64,000 nucleotides of DNA from Candidatus Poribacteria bacterium (lineage in GTDB: Bacteria > Poribacteria > WGA-4E > WGA-3G). The number at the start of each line of letters is the position of its first letter. Within the stretch, counting starts at the first letter, position 1. The stretch spans positions 224,001 to 288,000 of the forward strand of contig OZ251518.1 of assembly GCA_965242965.1 (NCBI GenBank), read 5' to 3'. The translations under genes and the position numbers were made by a program. Positions 7,944 to 17,695 of the stretch are shown here, piece by piece. The notes beneath the pieces were generated by a model. The model was not told the origin of the DNA, searched no databases, and worked only from the letters and a program-made list of their open reading frames with translations.

Positions 7944-10452
7944 CATCAAGAAAACCGGCGTTATCTTCATCACCTTCGTCACCTTCGTTATCTTATTGTG
8001 CTTGTTAATCTTCACTACATCGGTGAAAGGTGCTGACGTGCCGCTCGTTGCATCAGGAGAACCGCGCGCCACGCTACAAATCGGATCTGGTGCTTCGGAA
8101 CAGGAACAGTTCGCCGCAACCGAAATACAGCACTTCATCCAGCAATTCACCGGCGCGACGCTGGACATTCTGACGAATCGCGAACGGACGACAACACCGG
8201 CGGTAATCGTGTTAGGCACGCCTGAATCAAACCCCACAATCGCCGGGTTACAGGCGAATGCAAACTTGACATTGGCTGAAACCCTCGGCGACGAGGGATA
8301 TCGACTGAAGACAATTGAATTCGGCACAGAAATTCTTTTCGTTATCACGGCGCACACGCCGCGCGGCGTGCTTTACGGTGCATACAGTTTCATTGAAGCG
8401 TGCATCACCGCACTCACAGGATTATCGCCTGTGCATCCGGAGGTATCCGTCAAGCGTTCGCCCGCGCTACTCGTGCCGTTTCTGGATGAGACATCACAAC
8501 CTTTCTATCCCGTGCGCGCCGTGTTGGAGATAGTCGAACCTGACTGGCTCGCGCGCCACCGGGTAAATATGAGCGGTGCCGAAGGTGGCTTGATCGGCAC
8601 AGGCATCGAAGATGGATTCGGCGCGGCGTTTAAATATATTGATACCCCCGCGTTTGAAGCACTGCAAGATGAACCGCGCGCGCAAAGATTAGAACGGATT
8701 GAAACGCTACAAAATAGGTTCAACGCCCTCAAACAGCGCGGGATTGATGCCTATCTCTTTATGTATGTCACCGGTGAGCCGACAGAGGCACTGATTCGGG
8801 AAATGCCAGAGGTGCTAGGACCGGCGGTGCTTTACGGTGCCTCGCGGAACGAGGTTTCGTATCGGCCCTTCTGCTGGACTAGACCCGAATTCCATGTCCT
8901 CGCGCGGCAGTTAACTCAAGAAATTGTGAGAACCTATCCGGCACTGGCAGGGTTCCACCTTCGTTCGTGGGGACGTGAGACGCGCGGCTGCGATTGTCCG
9001 GAGTGCGGTGACAGGACAACAGAACAGGGACAGGCGCAATTGTGGCAGGTCTACTTTACAATCATCAGTGCTGCACGGGAGGTGAAGCCGGATTTCAAGT
9101 TCTACATTTCGGGATACGATAGTAGTTGGTTGAAGGATGCCGCGGGAGTCTACGCGCAGCAACTACCGAAAGGCACGATTTTCTCCCGAAAATGGGGCGC
9201 GGATGGCGCACCTGTCGCCGATGCTGGCGTGGCGATTCCACAGATGAACGCCCTCGTTGAAATGGGGCACCGCTTCATCGTTTTATCTCACGATGTCGAA
9301 GAAGTGATGCCGTTCTGGATGCTGGAGAGTGATTTGTTTGTGCAAGGCGTGCGACAACTCGCGAACAACCCGAACGCCACCGGTTTAAGCGGGTTCACCG
9401 TGCAAGGCGCGACGCAGGGACTCGGCTACCTTGATAGACTCGTCAGCGCGCGCCTGAATTGGGATATTGAACTTGACGCTTTTCAACTCATGCACAACGA
9501 ATTAGTGGGAAGATACGGTTCCGAAGCGGCACCCCTCATTCTCAATGCCTTGCGCGTCAACGGTTGGAATCTGGCGAGTTACTTTACAGACTACGCCTCC
9601 TCACTCACCGTGGGAGGCACTTATGGCAGTGGTTCCGCCGCGTTCGCAACGCGGTTTTGGGAACTCATCGGCCCGCGCGCTGTCAAGGATACTCTCGCGA
9701 TACCGGACTTGGAAACGGCGAGAACTTCGGTGAACCGGTTCACGTCACTCTTGGCACCGCAGCAGCAATCGGCAAACGAAATGCGCGATGCAAGTGAAGT
9801 GGCAAACTCGTTCGATGGGGAAGCGGCGGAAGATTTACAAGACGCTGTCCACTTGATGGAATTGTGGGTGCAATTCTTCGCGAGCCGCGCGAAACTCGTT
9901 GAAGCAATAGTTCTCGGCTATGAACCCGGTACCGAAAGTGCTATCCGTGCCAAACTGACAAGCGCGATAGAATTTTCAAAATCGATGCAGCCGCATGTCA
10001 GGGGCATTCAGGAGTTCGTCCCGGTCTTCGGTTACTCGCATCGGACGATTGAGGCGGAGCTGCTGAGCCCCTTAAACGGCGAAGCCGCATGGCTCACCAG
10101 TTTTGACCACCAAGTCTTGCGGAAATACGAGGATAGTTTTTCACCGGAGGGAACGCCGCTCCGCATCTCGGCAGTCCATAACTATCCAAACCCGCTGAAG
10201 CGGAAAACCACGTTCACCTATCAGTTGTCGGTGGATGCCGATGAAGTTTCCATCGCCATTTATTCGACATCGGGCCGCAGGGTCGCCGTTTTGACTGAAC
10301 TGCCGGTGAACGAAGGTTACAACGAATTTTTATGGAATGCGCAAGATGCGGATGGCATGCCGCTCGCCAACGGTGTCTATTTCTATCGAATCCGCGCTAG
10401 CGTTGAGGATGAGCGAGTGGAGGCACTTGGCAGACTAGCGGTGTTGAGATAA
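7921..10452 (+). CDS. Secreted glycoside-hydrolase-like protein with C-terminal FlgD-Ig/secretion-tail domain
   Basis: Signal peptide. N-terminal GH20/GH67-like domain (LGDEGYRL...TPRGVLYGAY). C-terminal HNYPNP...WNAQDADGMPLANGVYFYRI. Start codon uncertain. Confidence 0.6.
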   Translation: MTLSIITDIKKTGVIFITFVTFVILLCLLIFTTSVKGADVPLVASGEPRATLQIGSGASEQEQFAATEIQHFIQQFTGATLDILTNRERTTTPAVIVLGTPESNPTIAGLQANANLTLAETLGDEGYRLKTIEFGTEILFVITAHTPRGVLYGAYSFIEACITALTGLSPVHPEVSVKRSPALLVPFLDETSQPFYPVRAVLEIVEPDWLARHRVNMSGAEGGLIGTGIEDGFGAAFKYIDTPAFEALQDEPRAQRLERIETLQNRFNALKQRGIDAYLFMYVTGEPTEALIREMPEVLGPAVLYGASRNEVSYRPFCWTRPEFHVLARQLTQEIVRTYPALAGFHLRSWGRETRGCDCPECGDRTTEQGQAQLWQVYFTIISAAREVKPDFKFYISGYDSSWLKDAAGVYAQQLPKGTIFSRKWGADGAPVADAGVAIPQMNALVEMGHRFIVLSHDVEEVMPFWMLESDLFVQGVRQLANNPNATGLSGFTVQGATQGLGYLDRLVSARLNWDIELDAFQLMHNELVGRYGSEAAPLILNALRVNGWNLASYFTDYASSLTVGGTYGSGSAAFATRFWELIGPRAVKDTLAIPDLETARTSVNRFTSLLAPQQQSANEMRDASEVANSFDGEAAEDLQDAVHLMELWVQFFASRAKLVEAIVLGYEPGTESAIRAKLTSAIEFSKSMQPHVRGIQEFVPVFGYSHRTIEAELLSPLNGEAAWLTSFDHQVLRKYEDSFSPEGTPLRISAVHNYPNPLKRKTTFTYQLSVDADEVSIAIYSTSGRRVAVLTELPVNEGYNEFLWNAQDADGMPLANGVYFYRIRASVEDERVEALGRLAVLR

Positions 10453-10453
10453 C

Positions 10454-10658
10454 TGAGGGTGTTTCATATTTCGATGCGTTCGGTAGGAGAGCCCTCGGGT
10501 CTTGATGTTCCCGTAGCGCGGGGGCCTGTCCCCCGCCATGCGTTTGGCTGGCAGACCTCCTTACCCCTGTAGGTCAGGAGCGCCTGATCCTGACCCGTTC
10601 GGGAGCAGGCGCTCCCGAACTACAGAAGTGGGCCCGATGCCTTTATGAAACACCCTCA
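10454..10658. mobile_element. TIR-bounded mosaic REP cassette with ATAA flanking direct repeat
   Basis: ATAA|CTGAGGGTGTTTCATA ... TATGAAACACCCTCAG|ATAA, with several GTAG-hairpin families inside. Confidence 0.8.
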
Positions 10659-10748
10659 GATAATACCAAACGACGTTGATTCATCCACTGACTCTTCAGG
10701 CGATTCGCACCTACAGAACGCATATTTTTAGATGCAAGGAGGCTAACA

Positions 10749-11852
10749 ATGCACCGCGCATATTTACTACTAACGCTATCACTTTTCCTCATCGGTTGTC
10801 AATCACAAACATTACAGGAACACCTGTTGGAAGCACCGCCGCCACTCATCAACTTCGCCTTGAGCCGCAACGGCGCGACCGCGGTTGCCTCACAATCTGT
10901 TCCTAACCACCGCCCGGAGGAAGTCATCGATGGCGACACCAATTCCGAGACGTGGGACGAAGGCAGCGGATGGGGATGCAGTTTGGAGCATCTGCGCACC
11001 TCAGATTTGAACAAGCGTCCCTATGTGTTAGTTGAACTCGCCAGACCGGTTGACATCCGCCGCATCGTCGTCTGGACGATTGACGCAGCGCAATACCCGG
11101 CTACGCAATTCGGTTTGAAAGACTATCGCATCGAGTATTGGCACGGCACAGGTTGGGGTTTAATTCCGTCCGGTGATACGAAAGATAAGCAGTATACGGC
11201 ACGGAGCAACACCAAAGGCACGCGCGTTCATGAGATTCAGCAACGCCTTATTGCCCAGAAAGTGCGGCTTGTCCCGGTATCCTCAAACGATACCGTGCGC
11301 AATTACCAGCACATGGCGGGCAAACGTCCCGTTTACGCGGTGGAGGGCATCGCGCGGGTGATGGAGTTGGAGATCTGGGGGTATGCCGCGCCGATAGTTC
11401 ATACTCTCAAGCAGCTCGCGCAAGGCATCCCCCCGGAGGCGATGAGTCAGTCTGTCCCGATGGAGGAAGCGCGCGCTGGACAACAAATCGGTGAACCGAC
11501 GAACGAAGAGGCAATCCGCAGCGTCTTAAACCGATATGAATTAGGGTATGATACCGCTGACCTGGGGCAGGTGATGTCTTGTTTTTCGGATTCGTATCTG
11601 TCCAATGGGCGCACGTATCAGGACGTTCAAAGCAAGGCGGCGCGCTTTTTCGAGGCGCATCACCAGATCGACATGACGTTGTCAAACATCGACATCCATC
11701 CCAACATCGCCGATGACACGGCGATTGTGACTGGCATTTATACCTTGCAGCGCACCCCGAAAGCGAATGGGCAAGTGGAGCAAACGTCGGGGAAATTGAC
11801 GTTGGTCTTGGCGAATGAAGATGAAACTTGGCGGATTATTCGTGCGGAGTAA
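10749..11852 (+). CDS. Lipoprotein with discoidin (F5/8 type C)-like domain and C-terminal NTF2/SnoaL-like domain
   Basis: Lipobox LIGC, NFAL..GATAVAS..VIDGD discoidin start, C-terminal AIRSVL..YE..YD..DL...W.II pattern. RBS AAGGAGG. Confidence 0.65.
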   Translation: MHRAYLLLTLSLFLIGCQSQTLQEHLLEAPPPLINFALSRNGATAVASQSVPNHRPEEVIDGDTNSETWDEGSGWGCSLEHLRTSDLNKRPYVLVELARPVDIRRIVVWTIDAAQYPATQFGLKDYRIEYWHGTGWGLIPSGDTKDKQYTARSNTKGTRVHEIQQRLIAQKVRLVPVSSNDTVRNYQHMAGKRPVYAVEGIARVMELEIWGYAAPIVHTLKQLAQGIPPEAMSQSVPMEEARAGQQIGEPTNEEAIRSVLNRYELGYDTADLGQVMSCFSDSYLSNGRTYQDVQSKAARFFEAHHQIDMTLSNIDIHPNIADDTAIVTGIYTLQRTPKANGQVEQTSGKLTLVLANEDETWRIIRAE

Positions 11853-11872
11853 GGGCAAAGTCCTAATAGCAT

Positions 11873-12567
11873 CGTAGCGCGGGGGCCTGTCCCCCGCGAT
11901 CGCTCAGGCAAACCGAAATAGCCTCGTAGCGCGGGGGCCTGTCCCCCGCGATCGTTCGGTCAAACCGAATAGCCTCGTAGCGCGGGGGCCTGTCCCCCGC
12001 GAATGCTCAGTCAAACCGAATAGCTCGTAGATCGTTCAGTCAAACCGAAACCGCCCGCAGCGGCCTTGATACAACCGATGCATGGCGAGGGACAGGCCCT
12101 CGCCCTACGACGCGCGGAAGTTATTTGGAAATGGAAATAGCGGGGTCCACATTAAGGTCCTACAGACCTTAGACATTGCCGTTCCGGGCGTGCTATAGAC
12201 ATTAAGGTCCTACGGACCTAAAGAGTAGGGGAGACCTTTAGCCTCGTAGCGCGGGGGCCTGTCCCCCGCGATCCCTCAGTCAAACCGAATAGCCTCGTAG
12301 CGCGGGGGCCTGTCCCCCGCGATCGTTCGGTCAAACCGAAACCGTCCGTTGCGGCATTGATACAACCGATGCATGGCGAGGGACAGGCCCTCGCCCTACG
12401 ATACGCGGAGAGTGCGGCGCGGCATGGCGAGGGACAGGCCCTCGCCCTACGGTGTGCGGAAGCTATTTTGGAAACAGCGAGGGACAGGCCCTCGCCCTAC
12501 GGCTGAGTAGGAGAGACCTCCTGGTCTCGATGCAATACGCTGGCGAGGGACAGGCCCCCGCCCTACG
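11873..12567. repeat. BIME-like array of REP hairpins with higher-order duplication
   Basis: About 52-bp tandem units GTAGCGCGGGGGCCTGTCCCCCGCGATCG..TCAAACCGAATAGCCTC, five inverted GGCGAGGGACAGGCCCTCGCCCTAC-type copies, and block ~11920-12118 repeated at ~12240-12410. Confidence 0.85.
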
Positions 12568-12588
12568 ATGACCGGAAACTATGACTTC

Positions 12589-13809
12589 ATGAAAACCTTC
12601 ACGATGATTTTTCTCGGCTGTGTTGTGCTGCTACTCGTCGGTTGTGGGATATCTACCACAACACCGAACGTAATAACGCATCCGCACGCAGAACTGCAGA
12701 CAGAGATCGACAGCGTTTTGCAAGATGCACTCTTCACCTCGGCGCACATCGGGATAAAGGTTGTCGCTGTTAAGACAGGAGAGGTGCTTTATGCGAAAAA
12801 TGTCCACAAGCTGCACCACCCCGCCTCGACGATGAAGCTCATCACAGCGGCGGCGGCTTTGGCAAAATTGGGTCCTGACTTCCGGTTCAAGACGACGCTT
12901 TATGCCGATGCTATTGTCGATGGGCACGTGACAGGGAATGTCTACCTCAAAGGCAAGGCTGACCCGATTCTCCAAGAAGGCGCGTTGAGGGAAATGGTTA
13001 ATGCTTTACGCGAGGCTGGTGTTCACTCAGTCTCCGGCGGTATCGTCGTTGATGAAACATATTTGGATTCCGTGCGGGAAGGCCCCGGATGGATGTGGGA
13101 CGATAAGCCGTTAGGGTTGAGCGCGCTAGCCATCCGAGGCGGCGCAGTTGAGGATAGAGCCCTCGCCTGTGGCACTGTGCTGAAGGAGATGCTGCAGCGA
13201 GAAGGCATCGTTGTCAATGGAGAAGTATCTGACGGCACGGTGCCGCTGGATGCTGTCGTCATTGCCAAGCATCTGTCGCCGCCGTTGGCGGATATCCTTA
13301 AGTTGATGAACAAGCCGAGTGATAACGCTATCGCTGAGTTGATTTTCAAAACCCTTGGCGCGGAAGTGAAGGGTGAACCGGGAACGTGGCAAAAGGGGAG
13401 GCAGGTGATTGGCGAATTTTTGGAGGAAATAGATGCGGCGTTTCGGGTTGTGGACGGCTCAGGGCTCTCTCGTTACAACCTTGTCACGGCGGAACTGCTA
13501 GTGGACTTACTCGTTTTCGTTTACAATGATTTTGAACTGATGCCGGACTATGTGGCATCGCTGCCGATTGCTGGTGTTGATGGGACGTTGAAAAATCGGA
13601 TGAAAGGTGTCCGGGCAGAAAGAGTGCTCCGCGCGAAAACAGGCACCTTAAGCGGAGTCTCCGCGTTGGCAGGCTATACCGTCACTGCAAATGGCGAGGT
13701 GTTGGCGTTCAGCATCCTTATTAGTCACTACGCCGGTCCGGCGGCACCTGCGCGGCGTATCCAAGATACAATCGGGAATTGTTTGACACGGTGGAGCCGG
13801 GACTGGTAA
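12589..13809 (+). CDS. dacB: D-alanyl-D-alanine carboxypeptidase/endopeptidase (PBP4, peptidase S13)
   Basis: PASTMK (SxxK), KPSDN (SxN), DGSGLSRYN and AKTGTL motifs, plus a lipoprotein signal. Confidence 0.92.
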   Translation: MKTFTMIFLGCVVLLLVGCGISTTTPNVITHPHAELQTEIDSVLQDALFTSAHIGIKVVAVKTGEVLYAKNVHKLHHPASTMKLITAAAALAKLGPDFRFKTTLYADAIVDGHVTGNVYLKGKADPILQEGALREMVNALREAGVHSVSGGIVVDETYLDSVREGPGWMWDDKPLGLSALAIRGGAVEDRALACGTVLKEMLQREGIVVNGEVSDGTVPLDAVVIAKHLSPPLADILKLMNKPSDNAIAELIFKTLGAEVKGEPGTWQKGRQVIGEFLEEIDAAFRVVDGSGLSRYNLVTAELLVDLLVFVYNDFELMPDYVASLPIAGVDGTLKNRMKGVRAERVLRAKTGTLSGVSALAGYTVTANGEVLAFSILISHYAGPAAPARRIQDTIGNCLTRWSRDW

Positions 13810-13920
13810 GCGCGATTACAGGGGTTGGCATACATCGTAGATTCAAAGGAAAAGTAGGAGAGACCTCCTGGTCTCGATGCTATAGGACTGTTGACATACG
13901 TCGTAGATTTAGAGGAAAAT

Positions 13921-15081
13921 ATGAAAGATGTCGTTATCGTATCCGCAGTGCGCACCGCTGTCGGCAAAGCGGGAAGAGGGACACTGCGAGACACGCGTCC
14001 TGATGAACTCGCCGCGGTCGCCCTGCGCGCCGCTGTTGAAAAACTATCAAACCTTGAGCCAGCGGCGATTGACGATGTCATCATCGGGTGTGCCTCGCCG
14101 GAGGAAGAGCAGGGTTACAACGTCGCGCGGGTTGCGAGTTTACGCGCAGGGTTACCCGTTTCTGTGTCTGCGATGACGCTCAATCGGTTCTGTGCATCCG
14201 GGTTGGAATCCATCGCCGTGGGTGCGGAGAGAATTTTGGCTGGGCGCGCGGAGGTAGTCCTCGCGGGCGGTGTAGAGAGCATGAGTCGCGTGCCGTTCGC
14301 CGAGAATCTCTCACCGAATCCGTATTTGATGGAACACGCCCCAGAGGCATATCTCAGCATGGGTTTGACAGCGGAGAACCTCGCGCAGAAATATGGCATC
14401 TCGCGCGAGGCACAAGACGCGTTCGCTTTGGAGAGTCATCGCAAGGCGATTCGGGCAATAGATAAAGGCAAATTCTACGCCGAAATCGTGCCTGTCCCGG
14501 TTGGCAAAATCGCCGAACGGAAACCTCTCTATCCGTTCTTCACCAGAGATGAAGGCGTGCGGCGAGATACGTCACTGGAAACGTTGGCATCCCTCAAACC
14601 TGTTTTCCGTGAGGACGGAACGGTGACAGCGGGCAATGCCTCACAGATGAGCGATGGCGCGGCGGCTGTCGTCCTGATGTCTGCCGAACGTGCAGAGAGC
14701 GAGGGATATCCCCCGTTGGCGCGGTTTGTCAGTTACGCAACAGCGGGCGTTCCGCCAGAGATTATGGGAATCGGGCCCGTGCCTGCAATTCCAAAAGCAC
14801 TCCACTCCGCAGGGTTAACGCTGGAGGATTTGGACGTAATTGAACTGAACGAGGCATTTGCCGTGCAAGCACTCGCTGTGATTCAAGAGGCGGAATTGGC
14901 AGAAAAAAAAGTGAATCCGAATGGCGGCGCGATTGCGTTGGGACATCCCCTCGGCTGCACCGGGACAAAACTAACGGTGACGCTCATCAACGAGATGCAT
15001 CGGCAAAACTACCGATACGGCATGGTGACGATGTGTGTCGGCGGAGGGATGGGGGCCGCCGGGATTTTTGAACGTTTGTAG
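13921..15081 (+). CDS. fadA: Acetyl-CoA C-acyltransferase (thiolase)
   Basis: NRFCASG, NEAF, GHPLG and CVGGGMG thiolase motifs. Confidence 0.92.
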   Translation: MKDVVIVSAVRTAVGKAGRGTLRDTRPDELAAVALRAAVEKLSNLEPAAIDDVIIGCASPEEEQGYNVARVASLRAGLPVSVSAMTLNRFCASGLESIAVGAERILAGRAEVVLAGGVESMSRVPFAENLSPNPYLMEHAPEAYLSMGLTAENLAQKYGISREAQDAFALESHRKAIRAIDKGKFYAEIVPVPVGKIAERKPLYPFFTRDEGVRRDTSLETLASLKPVFREDGTVTAGNASQMSDGAAAVVLMSAERAESEGYPPLARFVSYATAGVPPEIMGIGPVPAIPKALHSAGLTLEDLDVIELNEAFAVQALAVIQEAELAEKKVNPNGGAIALGHPLGCTGTKLTVTLINEMHRQNYRYGMVTMCVGGGMGAAGIFERL

Positions 15082-15191
15082 TTCCGGTGCCTGAAGCGCG
15101 GGGGTTGTCCTCCGCAAGCCGCTTTGGCGGCATCAACACGGCGAGGGATATGCCCTCGCCCAACAATGTTAAAGTCTGTAAAGGAGAAAAT

Positions 15192-16196
15192 ATGCAAACT
15201 CACGTTTATCTCTCCATTGCCGGAGAAAATAGAATTGCGATTTACACGCTGGATGCTGGCACCGGCGCGATTGAATTTCAGGAAGACATCTCGGTGAGCG
15301 GCTCGCCGGGGCCGTTGGCACTCGCGCCGTGCGGTGAGTATCTCTACGCCGGACTTCGTTCCAGCCGGGAAATCGCCAGTTTCCGCATTGACGCGACTAG
15401 CAAGCAGCTCATCCTTTTGCGCACGGTTCAATTGGACGCGGACACTTGCTACATCGCGCCCGACAAAACGGGACGCTTTTTGCTCTCCGCCTATTACGGT
15501 GCAGGCAAGGTGACCGTGCATGCAATCGGCGAGGATAAGACGGTGAAAGGCGAACCTATCCAGACGGTGGAAACCGCGCCGCATGCACACTGCATCGAGA
15601 CAGACGCGTCTAACCGATTCGTCTACGTGCCGCACACCGTGCCACGAAACGCCATCTATCAGTTTCACTTTAACGAAGAGACTGGCATGCTGTCCGAAAA
15701 TAGCAACGGGCACTTGCATCCGGCTGAACCGATTGGCCCGCGCCACTACTGCTTGAATCCACACAAACCGATCCTTTATTCTTCCGATGAACAAGGCTCA
15801 AGTGCGAGCGTTTACGCAGTTGATGAAACGGATGGGAGTCTATCGCATCTGCAGACGCTCTCCACGCTGCCTGCAGATTTTGAGGGTGATAACACCTGCG
15901 CGCAGATTCACATCACGCCGAACGCGAACTTTCTCTACGTTTCTAACCGCGGGCACGACAGCATCGCCGTGTTCGCCATTGACGAGGAAAGCGGACAATT
16001 AACCGCGATTGGCCACCAATTAACCGAGCCCACGCCGCGCGTCTTCAATATTGACGAGACAGGGAATTTCCTATTCGCCGGTGGACTAGGTTCGGGCAAA
16101 CTGGCTACTTATCGCATTGATGGGGAGAGCGGGGGACTCTCGCCGCTTGCAACCTATGCCATCGGCGAAAATCCGATGTGGGTGCTTTTTTTATGA
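15192..16196 (+). CDS. pgl: Lactonase family protein (6-phosphogluconolactonase-like beta-propeller)
   Basis: HAHCI, GPRH, LYVSNRGHDSIA and TPRVF motifs. RBS AAGGAG before ATG 15192. Confidence 0.8.
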   Translation: MQTHVYLSIAGENRIAIYTLDAGTGAIEFQEDISVSGSPGPLALAPCGEYLYAGLRSSREIASFRIDATSKQLILLRTVQLDADTCYIAPDKTGRFLLSAYYGAGKVTVHAIGEDKTVKGEPIQTVETAPHAHCIETDASNRFVYVPHTVPRNAIYQFHFNEETGMLSENSNGHLHPAEPIGPRHYCLNPHKPILYSSDEQGSSASVYAVDETDGSLSHLQTLSTLPADFEGDNTCAQIHITPNANFLYVSNRGHDSIAVFAIDEESGQLTAIGHQLTEPTPRVFNIDETGNFLFAGGLGSGKLATYRIDGESGGLSPLATYAIGENPMWVLFL

Positions 16197-16475
16197 GGGG
16201 GTTTCCTAACTCCGTTTCGGTATTTATCCCGCCTTGGAGAGCGGGCGAATACCGTAAGGCATCGGGCCCACCTCTTCGGTAGTTATCCCGCCTTGGCGAG
16301 AGGGCGAATACCTGCAGGCATCGGGCCCACCTCTGTAGTTCGGGAGCGCCTGCTCCCGAACGGGTCAGGATCTGGCGATCTTGACCTACAGAGGTGGGCT
16401 GTCGGCGAAAATCCGATGTGGGTGCTTTTTTTGTGAGGGTTGGAGCGCAGGCGCGGTTTCAAACCGCGCCTACCG
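16162..16475. repeat. REP cassette flanked by a 38-bp duplication of the pgl 3' end
   Basis: TCGGCGAAAATCCGATGTGGGTGCTTTTTTT(A/G)TGAGGG at 16162-16199 and 16402-16439. A degenerate left TIR overlaps the stop codon. Confidence 0.8.
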
Positions 16476-17469
16476 GAACATCTTTGACCCACTCGCGATT
16501 TTCCTGATACCATCGGACAAGTTCCGTTATCCCCTGGCGAAACGTGACTTGCGGCCGCCATCCCAAAAGCCGTTCTGCTTTCTGGATGTCTGCCCAAGTC
16601 GCGCGGACATCCGCAGGGTGAAACGGATGATGCTCAAGATTCGCCTTTTTGCCGACGAGTTCCTCTATCAGGCGAATTGTGTCGATGAGGACAATTGGGC
16701 TATCCGAACCGAGGTTGATAATCTCGTAACCGAGGGGTTTCAAGCCTGCGATGACACCGCGGGCAATATCATCAACATACGTATAATCGCGCGAGGACTG
16801 CTTCCCATCGCCGTAAACGGTAACCGGTTCTCCTTCGCTAATCCACTTCACAAATCGGAACGCGCTCATATCTGGCCGCCCCGCCGGTCCGTAGACGGTA
16901 AAGAAGCGGAAAATCGTCGTGTCAATGTCATAGAGGTGGTGATGACTGTGGCAGAGTGCCTCCGCGCCTTTTTTGGAGGCGGCGTAAGGTGAAAGCGGTC
17001 CGTCCGTGTTTGCATCTTCACCGAACGGCAGCGGGTTGTTTTCGCCGTAGAGGCTGGAAGTGGAAGCCAAGACAAATTTTTTGATACCAAACTCACGGCA
17101 GAGTTCCAGCAGATTCAATGTGCCGGTTACGTTGGTATCAACGTAGACCCAGGGGTTCTGCACGGATTGCCGCACCCCTGCGCGCGCCGCGAGGTTGATT
17201 ACCGCGTCAAAATCCACTTGTTTAAATACGTCGTTCAGCGCGTTTCTATCGCAGATATCCAAACGATGGAATTGGAAGATGCCCCGTTCCTGTAGTGCGC
17301 GCTCGCCTGAGCCCGCGGTCTGCAGTTGATTGAGTCTCCACGTTTTGACTGCCGTGTCGTAAGCATCGTTGAGATTATCCACGCCGATGACGGTGTGCCC
17401 ATCCGCGAGCAAGAACTCAGTTACTTTCCAACCGATGAAACCGGCGCAGCCAGTGACAAGATATTTCAT
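16459..17469 (-). CDS. NAD-dependent epimerase (UDP-glucuronate 4-epimerase-like)
   Basis: TGCAGFIG, NLAARAGVR, YAASKK and FFTVYGP.GRPDM motifs. Confidence 0.9.
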   Translation of the reverse strand: MKYLVTGCAGFIGWKVTEFLLADGHTVIGVDNLNDAYDTAVKTWRLNQLQTAGSGERALQERGIFQFHRLDICDRNALNDVFKQVDFDAVINLAARAGVRQSVQNPWVYVDTNVTGTLNLLELCREFGIKKFVLASTSSLYGENNPLPFGEDANTDGPLSPYAASKKGAEALCHSHHHLYDIDTTIFRFFTVYGPAGRPDMSAFRFVKWISEGEPVTVYGDGKQSSRDYTYVDDIARGVIAGLKPLGYEIINLGSDSPIVLIDTIRLIEELVGKKANLEHHPFHPADVRATWADIQKAERLLGWRPQVTFRQGITELVRWYQENREWVKDVPVGAV

Positions 17470-17502
17470 TAATTAGTGTTCTCCTTCAGCAGGCATATAC
17501 AT

Positions 17503-17685
17503 TGAGGGTGTTTCATAACTCCGTTTCGGTATTTATTCCGCCTTGGAGGGCGGGCGAAATACCGGCAGGCATTGGCCCCACCGCTGTAGTTCGGGAGCAC
17601 CCGCTCCCGAACAGGTCAAGATCAGGCGATCTTGACCTACAGAGGTGATGTAGTCTGAAAACGCGCTTGAAAACCGCGCCTACCG
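17503..17685. repeat. REP cassette starting with left TIR
   Basis: TGAGGGTGTTTCATAACTCCGTTTCGGTATTTA..., near-identical to the cassette start at 16194. Contains GTAGTTCGGGAG and GTCAAGATC..GACCTAC hairpins. Confidence 0.75.
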
Positions 17686-17695
17686 GAGAGAAAAA

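Noticed and set aside
11873-12330. Regularly spaced palindromic repeats resembling a CRISPR array (also 22160-22320, 23143-23265, 25335-25685)
   Set aside because: The intervening 'spacers' are near-identical, the same hairpins are dispersed in both orientations, and there are no cas genes. These are REP tandem arrays.
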